Shown here: piece after piece, positions 19,537-29,255 of the stretch
Numbering within the stretch: the stretch's first letter is position 1
How the letters are laid out: every line of letters starts with the position of its first letter
Assembly (NCBI GenBank): GCA_964362175.1
Contig: CAYIDD010000005.1
Location: forward strand, 44 to 64,043
DNA length: 64,000 bases
Direction: 5' to 3'
Source: an uncultured Candidatus Saccharibacteria bacterium
GTDB taxonomy: Bacteria; Patescibacteriota; Minisyncoccia; Phycocordibacterales; UBA2100
Made by a program: the position numbers and the translations under genes
Notes under the pieces: generated by a model
The model's database searches: none
Told to the model about the DNA's origin: nothing
The model's input: the letters and a program-made list of their open reading frames with translations, nothing else

Positions 19537-20760
19537 TTACGCGTGCGCTTCCGCGCGGCCGCCGATGCGGCGGCGCTTGAGGTAATTGGGAAGTTCGGGA
19601 AGAGGGATCGCATCCTGCGAGTTGGTCGCAACTTCGCGTACGAGGATGGTGCCTTCCATTGCCTCTTTGTGGCCCATGATGAGGATGTAGGGGACCGCGA
19701 GTTCTCGCGCTGCCGTCATTTGCTCGCCGATGCGTTCGTGCCAGAGTCCCTGATGCACGTCGATAGCCGCGCGCCGCAAATTTTCCAGTACCGAAAGCGC
19801 GCGCCTGCGAGCCTCAGACCCCAAATGTGCAAAGTAGATGGCGGGTTGTGCTTCTCCGCGCGGCACTTTCATTTCGCGCCTCATGCTCGTCTTTCCGCGC
19901 ACTTCGCAGGTGATGGAGACCATCGCGGCGGAAGCGGGCGTGCGCGCGAAGCGGCTTGCGAGCGGATCGTAGCGTCCCCCGAACGCGACGGGGACGCGTG
20001 CGCCGCTTTCTGCGTCCGGTGTTGATATTTCGAACAGAGAATGCGACCAGCAATCGCGACTTCCAAGGATGTGCGCGTTCAATTCATACGGCAGACCGAA
20101 CATTTCGAGGTACTCGAGCAGTTCCCAGAATCTGCGGCGTTCTTCCTCGGTGAGATATTCCATGGCCTGTGGCGCGCGCGATGTCGCCGGATGTCCGCGT
20201 TCGATGAGCTGCACCAAGGTGCCCAGGGGGTCGGTGGCCGCGCGCGGTCGGAGCGTGGGCGAGATCGATTCGATGTGCTTGCGCAAATACAGTCCGATGT
20301 CGCGCACGTATCGATTCGACGAATCCGGTGAGCCGAAATTATTGACCGCAAGTATGCGCTCTTTGACACCCGATTCTTCCGTGATCGCGTTTGCAACGAT
20401 GATGAGGAGTGCCTCGGCGATAGCATTGGAAGGACCGACGATGTGCAGTTCGAGTGACATTGAAGGAATGGCCGACGTATTGCCCACGATCCGCCATGCG
20501 AGCAGCGCGCCATCTTTCTGCGCGAGGGTGAGGCACTTGCGCGCGGAAGACATGAGCGCGCGCTCGTCGCGCCGCGCGAACGAGATCTCGGACTCGATCT
20601 CCGAAAGTGATCTGATGGGTTGTCGCGCGACCCCATTCATCATTGCGGCGGCGCGCGGGATATTACCAAGGGAGGAGAATCCGTAATATTCCGCGATCCG
20701 AACTGCCGAATCGAGAAATGCCGCAGTGTTCGGATGTTGGGTATCTTTGAGGCGAAGCAT
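19537..20760 (-). CDS. Degenerate histidyl-tRNA synthetase-like protein
   Basis: GGRYD.LA motif and C-terminal HGTP anticodon-binding domain; motif 2 not recognisable. Confidence 0.8.
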   Translation of the reverse strand: MLRLKDTQHPNTAAFLDSAVRIAEYYGFSSLGNIPRAAAMMNGVARQPIRSLSEIESEISFARRDERALMSSARKCLTLAQKDGALLAWRIVGNTSAIPSMSLELHIVGPSNAIAEALLIIVANAITEESGVKERILAVNNFGSPDSSNRYVRDIGLYLRKHIESISPTLRPRAATDPLGTLVQLIERGHPATSRAPQAMEYLTEEERRRFWELLEYLEMFGLPYELNAHILGSRDCWSHSLFEISTPDAESGARVPVAFGGRYDPLASRFARTPASAAMVSITCEVRGKTSMRREMKVPRGEAQPAIYFAHLGSEARRRALSVLENLRRAAIDVHQGLWHERIGEQMTAARELAVPYILIMGHKEAMEGTILVREVATNSQDAIPLPELPNYLKRRRIGGRAEAHA

Positions 20761-20766
20761 ACAGGC

Positions 20767-21420
20767 TCAATTACCTGCGGGAGTCGCAGTATCGGTGTAT
20801 CGAGAGCGGGACGGGAGAACATCAATGTCGTTGAACGGATACAGACGCAGGAGCACTTGTCCCACGATGTCTTCGCGCGGCAGCGTTCCCCAGATGCGGG
20901 AGTCCGAAGAGACACGGCGGTTGTCTCCGAGCACGAAATATCGATCCGGTTCGAGCGTGATCTTCATCTCGGTAATTCCTCCCATGTTTGTTTGCTCGAG
21001 ATATGGTTCCGAGATCACGAATCCTTCCGGATGCTCGGCGTTCTGTACCGTGACGGTGTTATCGGAAAGCACAATAGTTTCCCCCGGAAGTCCGATGACC
21101 CTCTTAATGAGTGCGCGCTTTGTGCCCGGTTGGTTAAAAATGACAACATCACCGCGTTCAGGCCCCCCAAAGTCGTATGAGACCCTGTCGACAATCAAGT
21201 ATTCCCAATCTTTGAAGTTTGGTTCCATAGATTGGCCCGAAACCACATACGGAGCGGCGATAAAGAAGCGAATGAAGAGTGCGAGACCGAGTGCCACCAC
21301 TGTGTAGCCCAAAAGAGATCCTTGCCCCCGTGCGTTGACAGACGGGTAGCCGTTGGGAATGGGTGAGGAATCGTTTTTCATATCCGGTGATGAATCATTT
21401 TGCATCACAGGATCAGGCAT
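20767..21420 (-). CDS. lepB: Signal peptidase I
   Basis: SGQSMEP, IKRVIGLPGE and GDNRRVSSDSR motifs. Confidence 0.95.
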   Translation of the reverse strand: MPDPVMQNDSSPDMKNDSSPIPNGYPSVNARGQGSLLGYTVVALGLALFIRFFIAAPYVVSGQSMEPNFKDWEYLIVDRVSYDFGGPERGDVVIFNQPGTKRALIKRVIGLPGETIVLSDNTVTVQNAEHPEGFVISEPYLEQTNMGGITEMKITLEPDRYFVLGDNRRVSSDSRIWGTLPREDIVGQVLLRLYPFNDIDVLPSRSRYTDTATPAGN

Positions 21421-21574
21421 GTGCGATATTCTAACGCTCGCGTGGCATTGACACCAAGTGTTTGGGATGTTGCATGTAATTTTTTTGCAGATGAAAAAAT
21501 TTTATGACACATTTTTTATTTTTTTCGCACCAAGTACATATTCATTATAAAATACGCTATACTGTAGCTCTCAT

Positions 21575-22165
21575 ATGGCGTGGATAATTATCGGCTTGGG
21601 GAATCCGGGGGAGGAATATGACGCAACACGACACAACACGGGACGTATGGCGCTCGAATATTTTGCAAAACAGCTGAAATTCGGTGAATGGAAGGAGGAT
21701 ACAAAGGCAAAAGCGCGTGTAGCAGCGGGAATGATAGGCAAAACAGCGGTTGCACTCGTTGCACCCGACACATTTATGAATAAATCCGGTACGGCGGTGG
21801 TAAAATTCGTTAAAAGCCAGAAAGCCGCAGAGCGCATGATCGTTCTCTACGACGACCTCGATCTTCCGCTCGGCTCCCTGAAACTCTCATTCAACAGGGG
21901 AAGCGGGGGACATCGGGGTGTGGAGTCGATCATGAAAGCAGTGAAAACGAAAAAGTTCACACGCGTACGCATCGGCGTATCTCCCGCCACTTCAGCGGGT
22001 ATCGTAAAGAAGCCTTCGGGGGAAAAAGAGGTCGTCAGTTTCATTCTTACAAAATTTAGATCAGCCGAACTCGCTGAGCTCAAGCCTGTGCTGAAGCGCG
22101 TTGCAGAGGCGCTGCAAATGATCGTCACTGATGGCCCCGAACGCGCGATGAATCAATTCAACTGA
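21575..22165 (+). CDS. pth: Peptidyl-tRNA hydrolase
   Basis: GLGNPG...TRHNTG, FMNKSG and GGHRG motifs. Confidence 0.96.
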   Translation: MAWIIIGLGNPGEEYDATRHNTGRMALEYFAKQLKFGEWKEDTKAKARVAAGMIGKTAVALVAPDTFMNKSGTAVVKFVKSQKAAERMIVLYDDLDLPLGSLKLSFNRGSGGHRGVESIMKAVKTKKFTRVRIGVSPATSAGIVKKPSGEKEVVSFILTKFRSAELAELKPVLKRVAEALQMIVTDGPERAMNQFN

Positions 22166-22215
22166 CAACAGAGGACCCATTCGCGGTGTCTTTTCCACTC
22201 CGCTCGTATAATGCG

Positions 22216-22255
22216 ATGTTGTTTATTTTAAACTATAGCGTTTTGCAAACAACAC
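22216..22255. repeat. 40-bp palindromic repeat, copy 1
   Basis: ATGTTGTTTATTTTAAACTATAGCGTTTTGCAAACAACAC; 32/40 identical to 22863-22902. Confidence 0.85.
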
Positions 22256-22271
22256 GATACGATAATTAGAT

Positions 22272-22862
22272 ATGGGACGAATGGAAACGGAGTCCAAAAA
22301 AAGAGCAAAACGCGTGAACATCGAAAACATTGTTCTCGGCACACTTTCTATCGTTGGCGTTGCAGCTCTCGCCATGGCTGCGCCGAATGCCCTCCAGCTT
22401 CTCAAGCACGTTGATCCCGACTGGGTAAGTAAACGAGATCCGAGACGTAGGTTGCGCGAGACAATATCCCGTATGAAGCGCAAAGGACTCGTCGAGTTCA
22501 AGATGCATAATGGCAGAAATCTTCCGCGCCTCACAAAGAAAGGGGAGGACGAGGCGCGTCGCGTCGCACTCGGAGAAACTATCATCAAAAAACCACTTCG
22601 CTGGGACCGGAAATGGCGCATCGTGATTTTTGACATCCCCGAGAAACGGAAGGGTTTGCGCGAACGCGTGCGCAAACTCGTTTCAAACATGGGATTCTTC
22701 CGGCTCCAAGATAGCGTGTGGGTTTTTCCCTATGATTGCGAAGAGATCGTGGCACTTTTGAAACTCGATTTGAAAATCGGACGTGAACTCATCTATATCA
22801 TTGCCGACGCGATCGAATTCGATACACCACTGCGTCAACACTTCAAACTACCTCTGGACTAA
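22272..22862 (+). CDS. PaaX-like protein (wHTH plus Cas2/VapD-like ferredoxin-fold domain)
   Basis: WDRKWRIVIFDIPE...R...L...GFFRLQDSVW. Confidence 0.88.
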   Translation: MGRMETESKKRAKRVNIENIVLGTLSIVGVAALAMAAPNALQLLKHVDPDWVSKRDPRRRLRETISRMKRKGLVEFKMHNGRNLPRLTKKGEDEARRVALGETIIKKPLRWDRKWRIVIFDIPEKRKGLRERVRKLVSNMGFFRLQDSVWVFPYDCEEIVALLKLDLKIGRELIYIIADAIEFDTPLRQHFKLPLD

Positions 22863-22902
22863 ATGTTGTTTGTTTCAAGCTATAGCAATTTATAGACAAC
22901 AC
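22863..22902. repeat. 40-bp palindromic repeat, copy 2
   Basis: ATGTTGTTTGTTTCAAGCTATAGCAATTTATAGACAACAC; abuts the stop codon. Confidence 0.85.
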
Positions 22903-23193
22903 TCTGTAATGGGCACAAAACGAAGGGGCCCTTTCCCAAGGGGCCCTGTTGGAGGAGTTTGGTTGCTCACAGCGAGCAACGGTGGCGTCAGCCAAGCTTA
23001 CGCCCGCCCGACGTGTTCGCGAGGGACTCTCGTCCCTGTGCGCCGCGTGCTCAGACGGCCGTGATGTTGTAGGCAGCCGCGATCGCGAACATCGACGACG
23101 ATGTCGTTCTCAAGGGAATACCCTCCTTCCGCGCCTTCGACCGGAAGCTTTCCGGTGGCGCTACCGCAATTGTACCTCGCTACAAATCGTTTA

Positions 23194-24315
23194 CTAGGCG
23201 ATGGGCTTCAGAGTCATTCGACGATCTTTGGGCTCGAAGAAGGTGATGGTGAACGGATATACTTTGCCGAGTTCGAGTTTGGCACGCAGATCTTCTTCGC
23301 TGGCGAATTCTGAGATGTGCACCAGACCGGCGACGCCCTCTTCAATGGACGCAAGCGCGCCATGCTTGTTGTACTTGATGACAACGGCGTCCACCTTCTG
23401 ATCCTTTTTGTATTTGGCTGCGGCAGCTTTCCATGGATCTTCGAGCAGTGCCTTGATGGAGAGCGAGATCTTGTCGTCCTTGATCTCGATCACTTTCACT
23501 TTGACAGGCTCGCCCACTTTGTAGCGGGTCTTCGGGTTCTCAACGAGCGCCCAATCCATTTCGGAAATGTGCACGAGACCTTCGAGACCTTCTTCAAGCT
23601 TCACGAATATACCGAATTCAGTCGCGCCGGTGACGATACCATTGAGCGCATCGCCCACATGGTACTTCTCGACGAGTGAGGCGCGTTCGGTAACACCTGC
23701 GCCGCGCTCGCTGAAAATGAGTTTCTGTTCTTTCGGACTCGCGGTAATGATCATGACCTCGAATTTCTGACCGACCATTCTCTTGAGTTCGGCGAATATC
23801 TTTTCTTTGTCGCCGTCAGGAACGCGCGGGTAATGCGCGGAGGAAAGCTGCGATGCCGGCAGAAATCCAGCGAGGCCGTTCCAGTTGATAATGAGGCCGC
23901 CCTTGTTGGCATCGGTAACAGGCAACTCAAACACGGTCTTCTTCTGTACCGCTTGCTCGGCTTCGTTCCAAATAACCGCCTGACGCGCTTCGCGCAGAGA
24001 AAGCTCTATGTATCCTTCAGCGTTGTCGGAACCGACGACCTTTGCGGTCACGATGTCCCCGATATTCACGTTTTTGAGCGCTTCGCGTGCCGAGAGATAT
24101 TCGCGGCCGTAAATGATACCGGTCCCGTATGGAGCGAGGTCGATGAACACGCGTGCGCGACCAATCGCGACCACGGGTCCTTCCACAACGTCATCCTGCA
24201 CGGGCGGGTTGCCCGATTTTTCGAGCAGTTCAGCCATTGGTCCGTGCTTTTCGGGTACCACCTCTTCAATTTCTTCACCCACGAGGATCTTTTGCTCCTC
24301 AGTTTCTTTAACCAT
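23194..24315 (-). CDS. rpsA: 30S ribosomal protein S1 (four S1 domains)
   Basis: GFLPASQL and repeated GLVHISE motifs. Confidence 0.92.
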   Translation of the reverse strand: MVKETEEQKILVGEEIEEVVPEKHGPMAELLEKSGNPPVQDDVVEGPVVAIGRARVFIDLAPYGTGIIYGREYLSAREALKNVNIGDIVTAKVVGSDNAEGYIELSLREARQAVIWNEAEQAVQKKTVFELPVTDANKGGLIINWNGLAGFLPASQLSSAHYPRVPDGDKEKIFAELKRMVGQKFEVMIITASPKEQKLIFSERGAGVTERASLVEKYHVGDALNGIVTGATEFGIFVKLEEGLEGLVHISEMDWALVENPKTRYKVGEPVKVKVIEIKDDKISLSIKALLEDPWKAAAAKYKKDQKVDAVVIKYNKHGALASIEEGVAGLVHISEFASEEDLRAKLELGKVYPFTITFFEPKDRRMTLKPIA

Positions 24316-24531
24316 TGTGATGTGACGTTCGGACTATCCTGCTTGCGCTACCGTTCCAGTCTGCAGGGAAGTCTTACCGAACGCTTCTATTAATTAATAA
24401 TCGCCCCTTAGGGCGTGCGTCCAATATACACCAACAGGATAAAAAAGAAAGGGGCCTATGCATCTGGACGGAAAAAGAAATCCCCGGCGGACAAGAGCCG
24501 CCGGAGATACGTTGCGAGGCGTCGGTGCCGA

Positions 24532-24915
24532 TTATGCGCGCGCGGCGCAGACGTGAGTGCCGCCTCGATGCCACAGCGATACACCGAGGAAACGGCGCTG
24601 GCTCCATGTGCACGCTACCTTGGTGCCGACCTTGAGGCCTGCCAGATCGCCGCCGCCGACCACCCGGACCATTGAGGTGTGTACGCCCCTGCGGAAGACG
24701 TTCTTGCCGCATTTGACGAGTTGACCGGCGTTGATGGCGCACAGGCCGGTTTTGGCCCGGGCTTTGTAGGTCGAGCCCGCCCAGAGCACTACGGCCGCCG
24801 CGAGCACGATGGTGACGAGAGTACTCGGTTTCAAGGTTCTCTCCCTTGGTTGTGTCAGCGAACAGCTCGCTGACTGATCTAAACTATACCTCCCACATCT
24901 TTTTTTAAAAGACAC
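24532..24915 (-). CDS. Small Cys-containing secreted or membrane hypothetical protein; start uncertain
   Basis: Hydrophobic signal-like stretch; AGGGAGA SD-like sequence near 24845. Confidence 0.45.
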   Translation of the reverse strand: MSFKKRCGRYSLDQSASCSLTQPRERTLKPSTLVTIVLAAAVVLWAGSTYKARAKTGLCAINAGQLVKCGKNVFRRGVHTSMVRVVGGGDLAGLKVGTKVACTWSQRRFLGVSLWHRGGTHVCAARA

Positions 24916-24936
24916 TACGAGGTATAATCAGCCCCC

Positions 24937-25587
24937 ATGATCCTCACATTCCACGAAGGTGCGTGCGTGCGGGCACAAGCAGGAGACACCACGCTCGTCT
25001 TCGGGCCGGTCTCGAAAGATTCAAAGAATTTCAAGCCGACGAACTTCGGCGCTGATGTCGCGCTCATTTCTTTCAACCACTCCGACATGAACGGCAGCGA
25101 TGAGGCGGGGCGGGGAGATAAACAACCGTTCGTGATCTCCGGTCCCGGCGAGTATGAAATAAAAGAGACCACCGTGGCGGGTTTTGCGACCGGTTCCACG
25201 TATGGAAACGACCCGCGTATCAACACCGTCTATTCCGTTTTGTTCGATGGCATGTCCATCCTCTATCTCGGAGCGCTCGGTGATCTCGATCTGCCGGGGG
25301 ACGTACTTGAAATGGACCCGCCGGATGTACTCATCGTTCCAATCGGGGGAAACGGCACGCTGAATCCTGCCGAGGCTCAAAAGCTTGCAGTGAAGCTCGA
25401 AGCAAAAATAGTGATACCGATCCTGTACGACCTGCCTCGCGATTCTGCAGGCAAGGCGGGCGAGAAAACCCTCAAGCAATTTTTGAAGGAAGCGGGAGAG
25501 GAAGACTCAAAGCCCGTCGACAAGCTCACCATCAAGCCGCGCGACCTCGTGGGGAAAGAGAACGATGTCGTCGTGCTGTCAGCGTAG
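24937..25587 (+). CDS. MBL-fold (Lactamase_B_3-like) hydrolase
   Basis: ISGPGEYEI, PIGG and IVIP motifs; lies upstream of gyrA. Confidence 0.8.
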   Translation: MILTFHEGACVRAQAGDTTLVFGPVSKDSKNFKPTNFGADVALISFNHSDMNGSDEAGRGDKQPFVISGPGEYEIKETTVAGFATGSTYGNDPRINTVYSVLFDGMSILYLGALGDLDLPGDVLEMDPPDVLIVPIGGNGTLNPAEAQKLAVKLEAKIVIPILYDLPRDSAGKAGEKTLKQFLKEAGEEDSKPVDKLTIKPRDLVGKENDVVVLSA

Positions 25588-25596
25588 TACAATGGT

Positions 25597-25971
25597 GTGA
25601 TGGCAGTGCAGAAAACTTTAGACAATCTCAAGCAGGGTCCTAAAGAGGACAAGGTCGCGGTCGCAGGCGGGATCGCAATTACGGTGGTAGTAGTACTCCT
25701 CGTCGCATGGGGGATCCTGTTTTTCAGAAGCATTCAAAAGGGTTCCACATCGGTCGATCTTTCTGGCGGGGCGCAGGATGAGTTCAATTTTACGAGCGTA
25801 AAAGAGGCGCAACAAAAATTGCAGGAAACATTCTCAAATACGACCGAAGAACTTCGCCAGATACGCGACGATGCCGCAGCTACCCAAATGCAATTTCAGC
25901 AGCAGGCAGATGTGCAGGAAATGCAGGGGGACGGTACGAGTCAGTTTGATCCGGGCGCGAGTACGAATTAA
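25597..25971 (+). CDS. Single-TM hypothetical protein
   Basis: TM helix followed by a coiled-coil region. Confidence 0.65.
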   Translation: MMAVQKTLDNLKQGPKEDKVAVAGGIAITVVVVLLVAWGILFFRSIQKGSTSVDLSGGAQDEFNFTSVKEAQQKLQETFSNTTEELRQIRDDAAATQMQFQQQADVQEMQGDGTSQFDPGASTN

Positions 25972-26074
25972 TACAAAGACTAGTCGAGACGATATAATGA
26001 AAGGCAGGATTTGTCAATTTTTTACGGTATTTTTCGCTGGCGTTCCGGTCGATTTTCTGATATAATTGCCGGAC

Positions 26075-28567
26075 ATGGCACGCGAAAAAGATGAGCAGGC
26101 GGAGTCGCCCAAAGCACGACCCGAAGGGGTCGTATCGCGTAGTATTTCGACCGAAATGCGCGAGTCGTACCTCGACTACGCGATGTCCGTCATCACCGCG
26201 CGCGCGCTTCCGGATGTGCGCGATGGGCTCAAGCCCGTGCACCGACGCATTCTGTACGCGATGCAGGAGGCGGGCCTCACCGTTTCCGCGAAGACCCGCA
26301 AGTCGGCGACGGTCGTCGGCGATGTGTTGGGAAAATATCATCCGCACGGAGATGTCTCCGTATACGACGCGATGGTAAAGATGGCGCAGGATTTTTCGAT
26401 GCGATACCCCCTGATCATCGGCCAAGGCAACTTCGGTTCGATCGACGGAGACGGTGCCGCAGCGTACCGATATACGGAGGCAAAAATGTCGCGACTCGCG
26501 GGTGAAATAATGCGTGACATCGAGAAAGAGACCGTTGCGTTCACGCCGAACTATGACAACACGAAGACCGAGCCATCGGTCCTGCCTGCCGCAACACCGA
26601 ACCTGCTTTTGAATGGAACCCTCGGTATCGCGGTCGGTATGGCGACCAACATCCCGCCGCACAATCTGCGCGAAGTCTGCGGCGCGGCGATCCACCTCAT
26701 AGAAAATCCTGATGCGACGACCGACGATCTTTTGCAATTCGTACAGGGGCCTGATTTCCCGACCGGCTGCATCGCGTTCAACCAGAAGGACATTGCCCAC
26801 GCGTACGCGACAGGTCGTGGTGGTGTCGTGGTGCGCGGCAACGCTGAGATCGTAGAGGGGAAGAAGGGCGACTACCAGATCGTCATCACTTCGATCCCGT
26901 TCCGCGTCAATAAGGCCGATCTTCTCACCAAAATAGCGGATCTGGTGCACGAGAAAAAACTTGAAGGTATCCGCGACATCCGCGATGAATCCACCAAGGA
27001 CATCCGCGTCGTGATCGAGCTCAAAAATAATGCGAACGCGCAGACCGTGCTCAACTATCTCTACAAGCACACGCAGATCGAGGAGACGTTCCATTATAAT
27101 GTCGTGGCGCTCGTGGACGGCGTGCCGCAGACACTTTCACTCAAGGCGCTCCTCGAATACTACGTGGCGCATCGCAAGGATGTGGTCACCAAGCGCACAC
27201 GTTATGACCTCAAGGTCGCGCAGGCGCGCGAACATATTTTGCTCGGACTCAAAAAGGCTCTCGACCACATCGACGAGATCATCAAGCTCATAAAGAAAAG
27301 CAAGGATGTTGACGAGGCGCGTTCGGGATTGGTGAAGGTTTTCAAGTTTTCGGACATTCAGGCGCAGGCGATCCTCGACATGCGCCTGCAGAAGCTGGCC
27401 GGACTTGAGCGCAAGAAGATCGAAGATGAATTGAAGGCGGTGCAAGCCCTCATCGAGGAGCTTACGGCGCTCTTGGGAAGCGAGAAGAAATTGATGGATC
27501 TCATCAAAAAAGAGATCCGTGAAATTATCGAGAAGTACGGGGATGATAGGCGCACAAAGATAGTGAAGCGGGGAGCCACCATCCTCTCCGCCGAAGACCT
27601 CATCGCCGACGAGGATTCCGTCCTCGTCCTCACGCAAGGCGGCTACATCAAGCGCACGAATCCGGCCGAGTACCGCAGGCAAAAGCGCGGCGGTGTCGGG
27701 GTTGTGGACCTCGATACGAAAGAGGAGGATTTCGTCACGCAATTTTTGACCGCGAGCGCGCACAGCGACCTTCTCTTCTTCTCTGATCGCGGCAAGGTGT
27801 ACCAATTGAAAATGTATGATCTGCCGGAGGGAAAACGTGCGACTAAAGGCAAGTCCATCATGAACTTCATTTCCCTCGAGCAGGGCGAGCAGATCACCTC
27901 CATTCTTGCCATGCCAAAAGAGAAGAAGGCCGTTGAAGGACTCTCCCTCCTCATGGCGACGCGGGGCGGCACCGTGAAGCGCGTCGCAGCCTCGCAATTT
28001 TATGAGGTCCGTCGAAGCGGTCTCATTGCTATCGGCCTCGACAGGGGCGACGCGCTCATTTCGGCGCAGTTCGTGTATACAGGTGATGATGCGGTCCTCG
28101 TAACTTCAAAGGGGCAGGCGATACGATTTGCCGCCAAAGCGGTGCGTGAAATGGGGCGCCAAGCGGCCGGAGTGCGCGGCATGAAGCTTCGCAGCGGGGA
28201 TTCCATCGTGGGTGCCGGTGTCGTTCCCAAGGGAGCAAAAGATGCGGAGCTCCTCGTGCTTTCATCGACGGGCTACGGTAAAAAGACCAAACTTTCCGAA
28301 TACAAGACGCAGGGGCGCGGTGGTTCCGGTATCAAGACGATGTCCATCACGCCGAAAACGAAACAGCTCGTCGGAGGTGCTATCGTTTTTGCAAAGGGAG
28401 GCGAGCTTGTCGCAATGTCAAAAAAGAGCCAGACCATTCGCACCGGACTCGACGAGATCTCGACACTCAGTCGCGCGACTCAGGGCGTGCGGGTCATGAA
28501 AATGCGCGAAGGGGATTCCGTCGCATCATTCGTGGTGTTTGAATCAGTAGATTCGCCCACTGGGTGA
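26075..28567 (+). CDS. gyrA: DNA gyrase subunit A
   Basis: [27 protein letters not shown] GyrA box and C-terminal blades. Confidence 0.98.
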   Translation: MAREKDEQAESPKARPEGVVSRSISTEMRESYLDYAMSVITARALPDVRDGLKPVHRRILYAMQEAGLTVSAKTRKSATVVGDVLGKYHPHGDVSVYDAMVKMAQDFSMRYPLIIGQGNFGSIDGDGAAAYRYTEAKMSRLAGEIMRDIEKETVAFTPNYDNTKTEPSVLPAATPNLLLNGTLGIAVGMATNIPPHNLREVCGAAIHLIENPDATTDDLLQFVQGPDFPTGCIAFNQKDIAHAYATGRGGVVVRGNAEIVEGKKGDYQIVITSIPFRVNKADLLTKIADLVHEKKLEGIRDIRDESTKDIRVVIELKNNANAQTVLNYLYKHTQIEETFHYNVVALVDGVPQTLSLKALLEYYVAHRKDVVTKRTRYDLKVAQAREHILLGLKKALDHIDEIIKLIKKSKDVDEARSGLVKVFKFSDIQAQAILDMRLQKLAGLERKKIEDELKAVQALIEELTALLGSEKKLMDLIKKEIREIIEKYGDDRRTKIVKRGATILSAEDLIADEDSVLVLTQGGYIKRTNPAEYRRQKRGGVGVVDLDTKEEDFVTQFLTASAHSDLLFFSDRGKVYQLKMYDLPEGKRATKGKSIMNFISLEQGEQITSILAMPKEKKAVEGLSLLMATRGGTVKRVAASQFYEVRRSGLIAIGLDRGDALISAQFVYTGDDAVLVTSKGQAIRFAAKAVREMGRQAAGVRGMKLRSGDSIVGAGVVPKGAKDAELLVLSSTGYGKKTKLSEYKTQGRGGSGIKTMSITPKTKQLVGGAIVFAKGGELVAMSKKSQTIRTGLDEISTLSRATQGVRVMKMREGDSVASFVVFESVDSPTG

Positions 28568-28643
28568 GGCTGATGCTGCCACCGAATAAGTTTCCCCATT
28601 TCTCCGGCGCGTGGAGCGCTTTGTGCCCCGCGCGCGGTATATA

Positions 28644-29255
28644 ATGTCAACGATGCAAGCACATACTCCGCTCGGGACGGCAGGGTTCGCACATCCGCGG
28701 CGCAATGTGGTGACGCTGGGCGTAGAACCGGGAATGTCGGTGGCTGATTTTGGTTCGGGGAGCGGGATCTATGTGCTCCATATCGCGGAGAACCTCCAAA
28801 ATTCCGGGCACGTGTACGCGATAGACGTGCAGCGCGATCTTTTGCGTCGCCTATTGAGCGAAGCGCAACGACGCGGCTTCAAGAATGTTCAAGTCATCTG
28901 GGCTGATCTTGAGCGGGAGGGTTCATCCAAACTCGCCGATGAGAAGCTCGACCTCGTGCTTATTTCGAATCTATTGTTTCAAGTTGAAAATAAACGGGCG
29001 GTTATATGCGAGGCGCGCCGGATCTTGAGCCCCCGCGGCAGACTCGCGATCGTGGATTGGTCGGAGTCGTTTGGCGGTATGGGACCGCAAAAACAAGATG
29101 TTGTCTCAAAGGAGAAAGTGCTCGCGCTCGCGCGTGAGGCGGGCTTCGGACTGCAACGCGAGTTTTCTGCGGGAGCGCATCATTACGGACTCATCTTTCG
29201 ACCCGTCTCGCCGGGGGCAAGCCGAGGCGGACCAGCCAGTCTCAAGAAGCTATGA
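28644..29255 (+). CDS. Class I SAM-dependent methyltransferase
   Basis: VADFGSGSG motif and AGAHHYG. Confidence 0.88.
   Translation: MSTMQAHTPLGTAGFAHPRRNVVTLGVEPGMSVADFGSGSGIYVLHIAENLQNSGHVYAIDVQRDLLRRLLSEAQRRGFKNVQVIWADLEREGSSKLADEKLDLVLISNLLFQVENKRAVICEARRILSPRGRLAIVDWSESFGGMGPQKQDVVSKEKVLALAREAGFGLQREFSAGAHHYGLIFRPVSPGASRGGPASLKKL

Noticed and set aside
21361-21410. Short tandem duplication in the lepB N-terminus (MQNDSSPD/MKNDSSPI)
   Set aside because: A two-copy repeat in a probably disordered region, with no sign of function.
22216-22902. CRISPR array with cas2
   Set aside because: Only two repeats, separated by a whole gene; no spacers or cas1 in the window.
25880-27997. Long antisense ORFs over gyrA, and similar ones over trxB, ftsZ, clpB, relA and topA
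   Set aside because: These are shadow frames of well-supported genes in GC-rich sequence.
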